Source: a virus
Lineage: Duplodnaviria; Caudoviricetes
Direction: 5' to 3' (one strand)
Length of the DNA stretch: 56,426 nucleotides
Virus record (IMG/VR): IMGVR_UViG_3300045733_000287
Location: 1-56,426 of that record
A program made the translations under genes and the position numbers. Of the stretch, positions 28,800 through 38,500 are shown piece by piece; positions within the stretch are counted from its first letter, which is position 1; every line of letters starts with the position of its first letter. The notes under the pieces were generated by a model. It was not told the DNA's origin. It made no database searches and saw only the letters and a list, made by a program, of their open reading frames with translations.

Positions 28800-29689
28800 T
28801 ATACGGGAATATTAAGAACGTTTGACAGGTAGGTTACATGAGGTGCAGCAATTGTCTCAGCCTGTATCTCAAAGTCACCGGTCATCTTAGCTGCTCCATT
28901 GAGGAAGGTCAGTGTATAAAGCCCTAAAGCTGCCGATGTTGCTGTTATAGCTGTGGCTGCTCCTGCGGCATCAGTACTAACTGATCTGACAGCCCATTGA
29001 GCGTAAGCCGTGAGCCCGGCATAAGGAAGCCCGGAAACCCTGTGAGTGGCTTTCAAAACAACAGTACCGCCTGAACTTTCGTAATCGGTTATGATCTCAA
29101 TGTTGATACCGACCGGTACAGATTCAGATAATTCCCTGCGATCAAAAGCAGTTCTGATGATCTGGTAATTTTTGATCTGTTCAACATCGCTGAACATGAT
29201 ATCGAACGGACAGGCTTTCTGTTTACCGTCCCCTCCTGCTTTCGGGAAGTTGTAAGACACGAACATACGGCCATTAAAACCGACCACAAGCCCGGCAGAA
29301 TTAAGCGGAGCCATGAGATTACCGTCAGCAAGGACCATTATAAAGTCATATTCTTTTGCATCGGCCCCAAACCATGTGCGATAGTCTTCCCAGCTCATAA
29401 AAGCATAACCGGTGAACTCAGGCTCAAAATCCCTGGTCTTTTCTTTCAGGCCGGTATTGGCAGTTGTGAACTCCGGGGCTGTGGTCTTTTCCTCAAAGCC
29501 CCTTGCGAGGTCAATGTAAGTGCCAACAATTGCCGCTGATGTGGCAGGATTGATGTGTGTCTGCCACCCTGCTAAAGTCTTAGCGAGCGCAACCGTTGTA
29601 GTAGTTCCCTTGTCAAGAACAATCATGCCTTTGACATCAGGAAGAAAGTCTTTACTGGCTCCATTACCAGCATATTTCAGTGTTCCCAT
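28799..29689 (-). CDS. Major tail (tube) protein
   Basis: 296 aa; position after head-tail genes; followed by a terminator. Confidence 0.6.
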   Translation of the reverse strand: MGTLKYAGNGASKDFLPDVKGMIVLDKGTTTTVALAKTLAGWQTHINPATSAAIVGTYIDLARGFEEKTTAPEFTTANTGLKEKTRDFEPEFTGYAFMSWEDYRTWFGADAKEYDFIMVLADGNLMAPLNSAGLVVGFNGRMFVSYNFPKAGGDGKQKACPFDIMFSDVEQIKNYQIIRTAFDRRELSESVPVGINIEIITDYESSGGTVVLKATHRVSGLPYAGLTAYAQWAVRSVSTDAAGAATAITATSAALGLYTLTFLNGAAKMTGDFEIQAETIAAPHVTYLSNVLNIPV

Positions 29690-29693
29690 TTTT

Positions 29694-30197
29694 TTAGTTT
29701 TTTATCATTAATAGATTTTCAAATTTTATTTCAATAGCTGATAATATATCTAACTGACCAGCATCATTATTTAACCAGAAAGGATGATCATTGACCGGGT
29801 ACCGGAAATCTGATAAGAGCGAAAAGTTTTTATGATAACCCATTTCGCTCAGTAACAGCTCGAAGATCGGATATAAGACAGCCTTCAGCGTGTTGGTATA
29901 ATGCTGTTCGGTTGTGAAATCCCTGTTTGTCAAAGTGCAGATAAACACCCTCGGAGAGATGTTATAAAGACATTCTTCAATCCATCGCTGTGTGTTTTCG
30001 GCGTTATCCCAGACAAGCCAGACCAAAGGGTATTTTTCAATCTGGTTATTGTCTTTCGTCTTACACAGTTCAAGTAATTCTAAATAAGTCCCATAGCAGT
30101 AATAAGGATGCAGATTATTAGTCAGATCATTTCTGAGTCTGGACGCCTCGACAACCTCTTTAAAGAGATCAGGAAAATATTTAAACTCTGCACTCAT
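29694..30197 (-). CDS. Putative tail terminator / head-tail joining protein
   Basis: KYPLVWL motif; directly upstream of the tail tube. Confidence 0.5.
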   Translation of the reverse strand: MSAEFKYFPDLFKEVVEASRLRNDLTNNLHPYYCYGTYLELLELCKTKDNNQIEKYPLVWLVWDNAENTQRWIEECLYNISPRVFICTLTNRDFTTEQHYTNTLKAVLYPIFELLLSEMGYHKNFSLLSDFRYPVNDHPFWLNNDAGQLDILSAIEIKFENLLMIKN

Positions 30198-30820
30198 ATA
30201 CCGAAGGCATTAATATTCCATTGTGGAGTGAAGATCCAGTCCGGGTAATCTTCCTTATTGGCATAAAGAAAGTTATAAGCAGAAGCATCACAGTTGAAAA
30301 CATACGATAGATTTGTCCCTTTTATTGGTCCTGAATAAAACTGTTTGTAATCAGGCGGCATCTTTCCGTATAGTTCTCTCATGCGTTCCCATGCAGCAAT
30401 CATTTTAGGCAGTGAAGAAGCTCTTATCCCTTTCATGGTATCTGTCAATACGATACCGAGTTGAGATAAATGAGTGACTTCACGCTCAACATACTTGAAG
30501 TAAGTATAGTAAGCTATCAGTGACTGTTTTGCAGTGTTTTTTAATCCCTCCCATTTCAGAGTAATCTCCTCACCGCCAAACTCATGCGTAAATTCAGCAC
30601 CGTTAACCAGGTCGATATAGATCTGAGTTACCGGGACACCTCCTTCACCTGTGAGGTCAGCAATAAGAAGCGAATACAACTTATAACCAAGTAACTGAAT
30701 CAGTATTTCTTTTTCGTACTGAGTAATTGCCTGAGCTATTGCAGTCGCATTCGAATTCACTCCTGATAAGTTCGGGATGTTTATTTCACCTACAAAATAT
30801 GTGCTGTCAATCAGTGACAT
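30194..30820 (-). CDS. Head-tail adaptor protein
   Basis: LIDSTYF.GEI.IP..YEKEIL..LLG..LY..W.GL..SLIAYY; position. Confidence 0.6.
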   Translation of the reverse strand: MSLIDSTYFVGEINIPNLSGVNSNATAIAQAITQYEKEILIQLLGYKLYSLLIADLTGEGGVPVTQIYIDLVNGAEFTHEFGGEEITLKWEGLKNTAKQSLIAYYTYFKYVEREVTHLSQLGIVLTDTMKGIRASSLPKMIAAWERMRELYGKMPPDYKQFYSGPIKGTNLSYVFNCDASAYNFLYANKEDYPDWIFTPQWNINAFGI

Positions 30821-30823
30821 ATA

Positions 30824-31225
30824 TTACTTTTTAACTCTCTTTACTGCTGCCTTTTTGGTGGCTTTTGGTTTTCTGGAAGCTTTTGCCCTTTTTGGTTTTT
30901 CGGCGACCTTCATCTTTTCGGCTGGTTTTACCTTAACTTCTTCAGCTTTCTTAATTTCCTCAGTAGCAAGTTTTTCAGCCTCAATCTTTTCTTCCTCCTG
31001 TTTTTTCAGAAGGTCGGCTTCTTCCTGATCCTTTAACTTCTTTTCTTCAGCAGCCTTTAAATCGGCCTCCTCTTGTTCTTTTAAGAGACGGGCTTCTTCC
31101 TCCTGCTGTTCTTTTAAAGCTAGTTCATCAGTATCTTCAATAGGGCTTGCGGAGCCTTTTCTTGCAAGAATCTCCGCAATCTTACCGTGAAGTTTCCTTC
31201 CTGTTCTATTGGATATTGCTTCCAT
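30824..31225 (-). CDS. Charged low-complexity protein with K/A-rich histone-like tail
   Basis: E/K coiled coil then KPKATKKAAVKRVKK. Confidence 0.7.
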   Translation of the reverse strand: MEAISNRTGRKLHGKIAEILARKGSASPIEDTDELALKEQQEEEARLLKEQEEADLKAAEEKKLKDQEEADLLKKQEEEKIEAEKLATEEIKKAEEVKVKPAEKMKVAEKPKRAKASRKPKATKKAAVKRVKK

Positions 31226-31228
31226 AAT

Positions 31229-31516
31229 TTATTTTTTAATCAGTTCTTTTCGTTTTTCAATTCCATAAACTACTTTCAAGGAGTCCAACTGCTCAATAGT
31301 GACTACCTTTTTTAAATCTTCACCCACTTTTTTGATTATGGCATTAAGATTGTCGTTTTGTTTTTCCAGTTCCTGGCAATAAATAACCGAATTCACAAGT
31401 GCATCTTTAACCTTTTGTAAGTCATTGACTTTCTGTAAATCATTGGCATTCTGTTGCGCCATAGCCATAAATGGCAGGAAAACTAAAAAAATAATTAACA
31501 GCTGGATCCTTTTCAT
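31229..31516 (-). CDS. Small coiled-coil protein with signal peptide
   Basis: MKRIQLLIIFLVFLPFMAMA-QQ. Confidence 0.7.
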   Translation of the reverse strand: MKRIQLLIIFLVFLPFMAMAQQNANDLQKVNDLQKVKDALVNSVIYCQELEKQNDNLNAIIKKVGEDLKKVVTIEQLDSLKVVYGIEKRKELIKK

Positions 31517-31545
31517 AGTAGTTTACTTTATTAAATTACTCTCTT

Positions 31546-33408
31546 TTATGGCTCATCCTGAGTTGCAAGCATAATCCAATAAGCAGTACCATTAATGTAG
31601 ATCTTAAGACCCGCAGCAACTGCCCCTGTCGCACCTGTCACAACCATGGTTGCATCAGATGTAACCATATTAGCAGGGACACTGATAGACATTGCACCCA
31701 TGTTAGATAATTGAGCTGCTGCTGTTGCGGCAGTTCCGCTAACAACAATCCCTAGTGGTGCTATCTGAGTGTATGCCCGTGTATCTGTTGCGGCACCTCC
31801 GAGAAATACTTCAGCCATAGTGCCATAATAAGTACCTGCATTTGTCAATACTCCATCCGGTAATACAAGATTACCACGCATGCCCGCTGTTAAGCCAGTG
31901 TTTGATGCTGTCGAGGCTTCAAGTTCAACTGAAAATGCACCTCCTGTTAATGCGGTGGTACCCGAAGCATCTCCCATTAGATAAGCACGGCCACGTATTA
32001 CGTCACCACTTGGAGCAGCTCCCGCCCCTCCTGTTGCACCGTAATTCATGTTCAAATAATAGCCTGTCAATTCATGCGATGCTGTTGAAGAAGTCGAACT
32101 CAGATAGTACGAGAAAGCCTTACCTCCTGCCGATCCTAGTGTCTGGGTTGCACTTGTAGCTGTCCCCGCGCCTCCAAGTAGTCCGGCACTTACAACAACA
32201 GTCCCTCCGGCAATAGCTTGATTAATTGCACCGGCGACACTAATACTTCCATCAGTGGCATTACTAATGGTCTCCCCATTTTGTAACCTTAAATCAGCCG
32301 TGTAAGCCTTATGACCTCCTGAAGTACCTCCGTTTGCACTGAAAGCATAAGAGGCTGTTTGTGTCGCACTTGAATTATTGAAAGCTTCAAAAGCCACTGC
32401 TTCCGTAGAGGTTCCTCCTGCTCCGCCGTCAAGTGATGCCTCAAAGGCTCGCATCGTGGTAGCTGTCTTATTTTTCGCATCAACAGAAGCATAAACCCCC
32501 GTAAGCCTACCTATAGTATTACCGGCATTGGAAGCATCGGCAGCTCTTGCTTTCGCTTCAATACCGTAAATAACTCCACCAGTAGCCGCGGACGTTCCAT
32601 TTGTCGCCACAATTCCGGCTCCAATAAGATTACCTGTAAGTGCGGTTCCTGCAACCTGAGTAATGGCTTCATTTAAACCCTTATCGCCTGCTGCCACTGA
32701 ATTAGTAACTACATTATCAATTGTTCCTGTAGATGCTAAATTACCAACTAGAGTTACAGTCCCATTTGATGTAATGGCAGTAGTTCCGTCAGTTGATCCA
32801 AATACCACCGGGCCAGTTGAACCAGCTCGATAAACAGTACTTGTAGGGTGTGCAGAATTGTCCTTTGTAGTAATTGTAACCGTCCCTGCATTTGATCTTG
32901 AAACTGTCAATGTTCCAGAATTCGCCGGAATATCAAAAGCATTAGCCGTTCTGACCTCGAATGCTGTTACTTGAGTACATTGAGTTGTACCACTAGCGAC
33001 ATAAGAAACTTTCAGATAATTGTAATTAATAGGAGTGGTCGCCGTAATTGTGACCGGGTTATTCGCCACCGTCTCCCATGTTACAGCCGTTCCTATCGGG
33101 TGCCAGTTATCAGTAGAAGTTGCTCGACCTCTTAAAGTAACCACAACAGATGGAGTGCCTGAGTGCGCGACAAGCGATGTCGTGACCGTCTGATTTTGCA
33201 TGTACTTCTGAATGTTGGTAATAGCAATCACCAGCGAGTCACCTTGTGGAATAAACGAACCCCCTTTACCTGCGAGAGAATCAGCAGCAGTAAAGGTGAA
33301 TGGCCACGCAAGCGAATTTGCCCCGTTTCTTATATTACCGGTTTTATCCTGTGCTATACTGAAAGCAGTTATGCTTATCAGCGCTAGAATTATAAGTATT
33401 TTCTTCAT
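31546..33408 (-). CDS. Gly/Ala/Thr-rich head-associated (decoration/fibre-like) protein with signal peptide
   Basis: Immediately downstream of the capsid gene; MKKILIILALISITAFSIA-QD. Confidence 0.6.
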   Translation of the reverse strand: MKKILIILALISITAFSIAQDKTGNIRNGANSLAWPFTFTAADSLAGKGGSFIPQGDSLVIAITNIQKYMQNQTVTTSLVAHSGTPSVVVTLRGRATSTDNWHPIGTAVTWETVANNPVTITATTPINYNYLKVSYVASGTTQCTQVTAFEVRTANAFDIPANSGTLTVSRSNAGTVTITTKDNSAHPTSTVYRAGSTGPVVFGSTDGTTAITSNGTVTLVGNLASTGTIDNVVTNSVAAGDKGLNEAITQVAGTALTGNLIGAGIVATNGTSAATGGVIYGIEAKARAADASNAGNTIGRLTGVYASVDAKNKTATTMRAFEASLDGGAGGTSTEAVAFEAFNNSSATQTASYAFSANGGTSGGHKAYTADLRLQNGETISNATDGSISVAGAINQAIAGGTVVVSAGLLGGAGTATSATQTLGSAGGKAFSYYLSSTSSTASHELTGYYLNMNYGATGGAGAAPSGDVIRGRAYLMGDASGTTALTGGAFSVELEASTASNTGLTAGMRGNLVLPDGVLTNAGTYYGTMAEVFLGGAATDTRAYTQIAPLGIVVSGTAATAAAQLSNMGAMSISVPANMVTSDATMVVTGATGAVAAGLKIYINGTAYWIMLATQDEP

Positions 33409-33444
33409 TGTTTTTTCCTTTCTATATTTTAATTTTTATGAATG

Positions 33445-33472
33445 AAGTCCCGATAAGTAAATACCGGGACTT
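33445..33472 (-). terminator. Stem-loop after the major capsid gene (weak terminator or stabiliser)
   Basis: AAGTCCCG..CGGGACTT perfect 8-bp stem; no clear U-tract. Confidence 0.5.
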
Positions 33473-33479
33473 GCAATCT

Positions 33480-34838
33480 CTATGCACTTATTGAAGAAAT
33501 ATCTGTTTCAGGATCACTTGAAAGGAATATTGCAGCCGGTTTGCTTACACCAAATGCAGCGCGCATCCAGAATACAATCGTTCTCATGCCTTCTGTGAGG
33601 TCGTTTCCATTGGTGCCAATCTCAAAAGAGATATCTTCAAGAATACCAATTTCAGCAGCCTCGTTCCACATAACAGTTACACGATTAACGGTCTGTTGTT
33701 TATTCAGAACAACAGTAAGCCCCCATATTGAGACTACTTTCCCGTCCGGTCCAAAAACCACATTTCTGTCAGATATTGAATTTCCAAGTTCATCTTTCTC
33801 CTGGCGTATGCCATTAAGAAGCGATGGGTGAAGGATTACAACATTGACATCCTCGTCTGCCAGCTGTGCCTGGAGAACCATCTTACCAACAAGGTTGATA
33901 ACATTTGCATCTGCAACAGTTCCAAGTCCTGTAGCGGAAAAGGCAACATAATTTCCTGCATAATACATACCGTATGCGGTTAACGTATTGTCTCCTGTTG
34001 TGGAGAATATTGCAGCATCCAAAGTCGAAAGGATCTTGTCAGGAGCGATCCTGTTCAGTCTGCTTTCAAGTCTTGGCAGGTCTGATAACATTTCTTTTGA
34101 TACCCTGAAATATGTTGCATACTCAATAGCCTTGAATTCAATTGACTTGAATTTGATACTTGATTTACCGGCTGCGCTTCCCTCATCTTTTACAGCTGCA
34201 CCGTCATAATATTCATACTCCACCAAAACACCCATGTATTTATTTACAATAGGATCAGTAGGAAGGAACTGAGTACAGTGGGTATCTTTTGTAAGACTGA
34301 TCTGTACGTCCTTCATCTTGTAGTCGGTCAGATAGCCGATCTGAGTGCTGGTTCCCGGAGCAACTGACAAGGCAGTGGTCATATCGACCAGGGTCTTAAC
34401 GGTCAGTTTCATTTCTTTGCGATCCCATCCTTTTACGGTTAGTGCTTTCTTTCCGGTCAGAGAGTCAATTGTAACTTCTTCGGTCAGTCCTTCTTTTTCA
34501 AGAGCCTTGCGAAGTATAGTCCCGAATCCTGATTTTTCTTTCGGGTCCACTTTTGGAACTTCTTTCATTGCTTTCAGGTCAGCACGGGCGGAGAGTATTT
34601 CTTCTTTCACTTTTCCAAGTTCATCACTGACAGCTTTTAACTGCAAGTTTGTGAACTCCTGTGATTTTGTCTCGAGAGCTGCAAGAGATTCTTTAACCTC
34701 TTTGATATCCATTTTGCCTTCAGCTGCTTTAGTGGCAATCTCTTTGTACTCAGCGGTGAATGCATTTATCTTTGCTTCAGCTGCTTTTGTAGCTTCCTGA
34801 TTTACTTTATCAAGTAATTCTTGTTCTTCTTTTGTCAT
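33480..34838 (-). CDS. Major capsid protein (HK97 fold, N-terminal delta/scaffold domain)
   Basis: Coiled-coil N-terminus; EG..K..S, YFRVSKEMLSD, KDELGN, IWGLTVV, R.AFGV..P.A. Confidence 0.9.
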   Translation of the reverse strand: MTKEEQELLDKVNQEATKAAEAKINAFTAEYKEIATKAAEGKMDIKEVKESLAALETKSQEFTNLQLKAVSDELGKVKEEILSARADLKAMKEVPKVDPKEKSGFGTILRKALEKEGLTEEVTIDSLTGKKALTVKGWDRKEMKLTVKTLVDMTTALSVAPGTSTQIGYLTDYKMKDVQISLTKDTHCTQFLPTDPIVNKYMGVLVEYEYYDGAAVKDEGSAAGKSSIKFKSIEFKAIEYATYFRVSKEMLSDLPRLESRLNRIAPDKILSTLDAAIFSTTGDNTLTAYGMYYAGNYVAFSATGLGTVADANVINLVGKMVLQAQLADEDVNVVILHPSLLNGIRQEKDELGNSISDRNVVFGPDGKVVSIWGLTVVLNKQQTVNRVTVMWNEAAEIGILEDISFEIGTNGNDLTEGMRTIVFWMRAAFGVSKPAAIFLSSDPETDISSISA

Positions 34839-34839
34839 T

Positions 34840-35688
34840 TTATTGAAGTTTAAAATTGTTTGTTAATACTTTAAAATCTATTTTTTTCAGAGTGGACTGG
34901 TCCGGCTCTAAAGTATTATGAGTGCCATTCGACGGCTCATTTTTCGTTGTTTCATTGTTAAGTGTTGGTGTTGCTGTATTGCTTCCTATCGGCACGGAAG
35001 ACCCTTCAATACATTTTGCTTCCAGAACATACCAGAAGTAATCTCTTTCGTCTGCAACTTCCTTATTAGCAATCTGTGGATAGTATTTATTCCATGCCTC
35101 AAATTCATTCGGGAAATCTTCATCATTAATTGCAAAGTCTGTCTTGACATAATACATACCGACAGAATGATTCCTTACCCATCCGTTAGCATATTGGTTC
35201 AGCATGTATTCATTCCGTTTCCGAAGTATCTCTGATTCAAATATCAATGCTTCTGTTTCTCCGGAATAAGAATAACCGAGCTCTGACCATTTGAAGCGTT
35301 TTGTATATGCTTTAAGGTTATCAGCATCTGCAATGATCTTATCAAACTTCATACTATGCTCCTGAATGTGCATGATCATTTTATTGTCCTGCAAACTTTT
35401 ATTCCAGAGCCCGGGCAAATGAAGATCTAAATGAGAATCCAAAAAGTTAGTTGTATTGATTACACAAACGACTTTAAGCGAATTCATATTAACAGGATCA
35501 ATAATGTCGCCCTCCGCCTTATTGGCTGCAAGTTTTGGATCAAACACAAGAGTAGGCTTAACGATTACGGCACAATCAACCTCTTTCTTAACTGCCTTCT
35601 TTTGAGCAATAAGCTTATCACGGTTTTCCGATAAGAACTTAAATAGTTCTTTTTTTGTCGTAAATTCTATCTCGCCATAATGTTCCAT
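34840..35688 (-). CDS. Putative prohead protease
   Basis: Between portal and capsid; DSH.D, HSVG, EGSSV..GSN..TP. Confidence 0.75.
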   Translation of the reverse strand: MEHYGEIEFTTKKELFKFLSENRDKLIAQKKAVKKEVDCAVIVKPTLVFDPKLAANKAEGDIIDPVNMNSLKVVCVINTTNFLDSHLDLHLPGLWNKSLQDNKMIMHIQEHSMKFDKIIADADNLKAYTKRFKWSELGYSYSGETEALIFESEILRKRNEYMLNQYANGWVRNHSVGMYYVKTDFAINDEDFPNEFEAWNKYYPQIANKEVADERDYFWYVLEAKCIEGSSVPIGSNTATPTLNNETTKNEPSNGTHNTLEPDQSTLKKIDFKVLTNNFKLQ

Positions 35689-35692
35689 TACC

Positions 35693-35800
35693 TTATTTTT
35701 TTATAAGTTCCTTGTCATCAATCTGTTTTTGCTTCAATTCCCTGAGCTTTCTGATCTGCTCTTTCGTGAGCTTCTTCTTGTCTTTCTCTTTATAGCTCAT
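35693..35800 (-). CDS. 35-aa Lys-rich peptide
   Basis: Hand-translated MSYKEKDKKKLTKEQ...; overlaps the portal stop and fills the gap to the protease. Confidence 0.45.
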   Translation of the reverse strand: MSYKEKDKKKLTKEQIRKLRELKQKQIDDKELIKK

Positions 35801-37152
35801 ATTGTTACATTTTGAGTTGTTTCAACCGGTTTGTTTTTTTTATCCCAATCATATTTACGAACATCACCACCTTCAATTGGTTCCAATTCAAGAAATTCAA
35901 GATACTGGTTAACCGTTAACACGTTGTTATTATAGGCCGCTTCAGCCGTACGGGCGTTCATACTCATCGCCGTTGCCTTTTCTTTCTTCGCTTCTTGTAA
36001 TGCCTGGATATGTGAAAAGTCAGTCCTTAACTCTAGATCATACTTTCTGAAGTTGAGTCTTTCGGTATAATAAGCATCATCATTTTCAACATCAGGAATA
36101 ACAGAATCCTGATATAGCCTTCTTACTGATTGAATCTGATTCTCAAATGTCGACCCCTGTTCATAGAGTTTATACAGTTCATGCGGAACTTTCAGGTTAT
36201 TGCAGATCATCATAGCATTACGGGTAAAATCCTTCGGAATACCCAACTCTTCAGGACTCATGACTGTTTTTATGAAGTCAATATCTGAGTAGCTTATGAA
36301 GTATTGTTTTTGATCTCTCTTTAACCCATATTCTGATTTGAAAGTATCATCAATTTCTTTTTTGGAAGCAGAGGACATTGGTATCTGTGTGCCGGTTGCA
36401 TCTTTGTTATTGGCCTTAATAATACCGATCATCCCCCGTGAATTAAGAAGCACGTTCATTGCTTCAAAGGCTAACTGCACGTTGGTAATAGGATTCTTTA
36501 AAGGAATGAGTTTTGAACTTCCAATAATTGAATTACCTACATCGGTTATATTGATGTCGTTAAAATGAATTACCCGAGAAGGAGGAATCGGCTTGAATCC
36601 CGGACGGTTAGTAACAATATATTCACTTATTATGCCCTCAATATCAACCTGATCATATATTTTGCCCGTCTGTTTTACTTCAGTATATTCGCTCGGTAAG
36701 TTATACATTGTCCGAACTGTAAGTAGATCAGTCTTAAATGTCTCTGAGGGGTTATTAAGATAAATATAATTATTCCCGAATGTCTCACGCATGTATTTAC
36801 GTTCATAGTTGAACTCCTTAGCCATCTGTAATGGGTTAGGACGATCAACAAAAAGCCTTCTTGCTGCCTGCACGGCCACGTCCTTTTCATTCCATGATAC
36901 TATTGCGCCGGTATTGTCAACCAGGTATTTCTTACCGTTAGATGATGCGGTTGCGAGTATATCAATACAGGCATAAAGAACGGGGTTATCCGCAACGGAC
37001 TGGCGTAGCTCGCTTGCATTTGACAACTTAAGCCATGCGGGCTTGTCAATTAGGTACTGATAATTAAAGGAGTTGATATTAGAGCGGTTAATGCCATACC
37101 GCTTGCCGGATATTAGTGATCGGAAGGTGTTCCAGAATGTTCCTTCGGGCAT
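35797..37152 (-). CDS. Portal protein (HK97 type)
   Basis: NPVLYACIDIL, RPNPLQ, FGNNYI, VIHF, IC..L.VP.EL, TFENQ, LTVNQ..L.LEPIEGGD. Confidence 0.9.
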   Translation of the reverse strand: MPEGTFWNTFRSLISGKRYGINRSNINSFNYQYLIDKPAWLKLSNASELRQSVADNPVLYACIDILATASSNGKKYLVDNTGAIVSWNEKDVAVQAARRLFVDRPNPLQMAKEFNYERKYMRETFGNNYIYLNNPSETFKTDLLTVRTMYNLPSEYTEVKQTGKIYDQVDIEGIISEYIVTNRPGFKPIPPSRVIHFNDINITDVGNSIIGSSKLIPLKNPITNVQLAFEAMNVLLNSRGMIGIIKANNKDATGTQIPMSSASKKEIDDTFKSEYGLKRDQKQYFISYSDIDFIKTVMSPEELGIPKDFTRNAMMICNNLKVPHELYKLYEQGSTFENQIQSVRRLYQDSVIPDVENDDAYYTERLNFRKYDLELRTDFSHIQALQEAKKEKATAMSMNARTAEAAYNNNVLTVNQYLEFLELEPIEGGDVRKYDWDKKNKPVETTQNVTI

Positions 37153-37169
37153 TTATGTAATTTTGTTTA

Positions 37170-37177
37170 CAAATCTA
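37170..37177 (-). promoter_or_regulatory. Bacteroidota -7 promoter box TAGATTTG upstream of portal
   Basis: Exact TAnnTTTG 17 nt upstream of the portal ATG. Confidence 0.55.
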
Positions 37178-37240
37178 CGAAGATGTTAATTATTATTCGG
37201 GGTGAATTGTTTAGTTTTGTTCAGATTTAAACTTAATCCT

Positions 37241-37723
37241 ATGAAAGTATCTCTAAAATTAAAACTTCTCTTATTTCTTCAGACCCAGATAGAGAACATC
37301 CCGGAAGGTCAAAAAGCTCCAAAATGGCTGATATACTCTTGTTTTATGGTAACATGGTTTACTAACCTGTCAAAAAATATAAGACAATTTTCCAGAAAGG
37401 TTAAATATAAGTTCCTGTCATCACTGATTGTGATGTATTTCAGTAATCTGTATTTCGTTTTTTGCACCGATAAGTCGGAAGCCCGAATATTTTCCGGATG
37501 GGGTTATCGCTGGTTTGCTGTCAGGTACGCAGACAAGCGATCTGATATAAGCCGGGTTAATAAGTTATGCGGAGGTAAACGACATTATGCAATTGAGTAT
37601 GATAAGAAATCCCTGCTCGTTATAAATAGACTAGAAGTAAACCGACTTAAACAAAAGAATATGCTGCGGAAAAGTTATAATGTCATTAATGTGTTTGAGA
37701 ACGCTTATTATGTGACGAAATGA
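37241..37723 (+). CDS. Hypothetical basic protein
   Basis: ATG at 37241 preferred over GTG at 37202. Confidence 0.6.
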   Translation: MKVSLKLKLLLFLQTQIENIPEGQKAPKWLIYSCFMVTWFTNLSKNIRQFSRKVKYKFLSSLIVMYFSNLYFVFCTDKSEARIFSGWGYRWFAVRYADKRSDISRVNKLCGGKRHYAIEYDKKSLLVINRLEVNRLKQKNMLRKSYNVINVFENAYYVTK

Positions 37724-37896
37724 TCTACACCCCAGCAGAATATTCAAAGAAGTTCCTGTTCAGAAATAAAAAAGTGTCTCCGATGACTGTTAAACGGAGA
37801 TGTAGGTACGGGATGTTACCCGCCGGACACATTGCAATAAAGAAATCATTTGGCTGGGTAATTAATGTAATTGAGAATGAACTAGTAAAAACTTAA
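37720..37896 (+). CDS. Small excisionase/MerR-like HTH protein (58 aa)
   Basis: Hand-translated MIYTPAEYSK..VSPMTVKRRCRYGMLP..KK.FGWVI; ATGA-coupled. Confidence 0.55.
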   Translation: MIYTPAEYSKKFLFRNKKVSPMTVKRRCRYGMLPAGHIAIKKSFGWVINVIENELVKT

Positions 37897-37912
37897 CTTA
37901 ATAATCAAAAAT

Positions 37913-38383
37913 ATGCGTGAAGACATTTTAAAATTCAGAAAGGTTTGTGTAGTCCTGAAATCAGAAAAAGAATATACAAACGAAAAACTTTGTAAAGAGC
38001 TTGGTATTTCTGATCCGACCCTTTACAAATTAATCAATGCTGATATTGATGAACTGAAAGGAATCAGGGCCAGCACTCTTGGAGTAATTCAGGACTTCAT
38101 GAAACGGCATTGTAATGATCTGAATTATGCCGGGATTAAACCGGCGCCGGATAATATTGTTGAACAGGCTGCAGATAATCTAAGGAAAAACCTGAGTAAT
38201 TATCATGTTCCTGATCAGCTTAAGGTTATTCCGGAAGAGATAAAATCAGAACCAGCAGAAGAAATCCCGGCTGCCATTCTTGAACAGACAATGAACCCTT
38301 TTACCCTTTTTATTGAGGCATTAAAACAGATCCCGGATAATGTGACAATCCATATCAGCGTGAATGAAAGTAAGGCGCAATAA
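37913..38383 (+). CDS. XRE/Cro-like HTH regulator
   Basis: TNEKLCKELGISDPTLYKLIN..IRASTL. Confidence 0.7.
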   Translation: MREDILKFRKVCVVLKSEKEYTNEKLCKELGISDPTLYKLINADIDELKGIRASTLGVIQDFMKRHCNDLNYAGIKPAPDNIVEQAADNLRKNLSNYHVPDQLKVIPEEIKSEPAEEIPAAILEQTMNPFTLFIEALKQIPDNVTIHISVNESKAQ

Positions 38384-38405
38384 ATTACTGAAACTTTATA
38401 AAACC

Positions 38406-38431
38406 AAAGAGCCCTTTTGAGGCTCTTTTTT
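38406..38431 (+). terminator. Terminator, probably bidirectional, between convergent genes
   Basis: AAAGAGCC..GGCTCTTTTTT. Confidence 0.75.
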
Positions 38432-38500
38432 ATTTGTCTTCAGTAGGGCGTAAGAATGAGACTAAAGATATGTTAATAAGAATATTACAAAATAGCCTTT

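Noticed and set aside
11901-35634. Numerous plus-strand ORFs of 60-150 aa in the structural region
   Set aside because: Antisense shadows of long minus-strand genes, with no recognisable motifs or start regions
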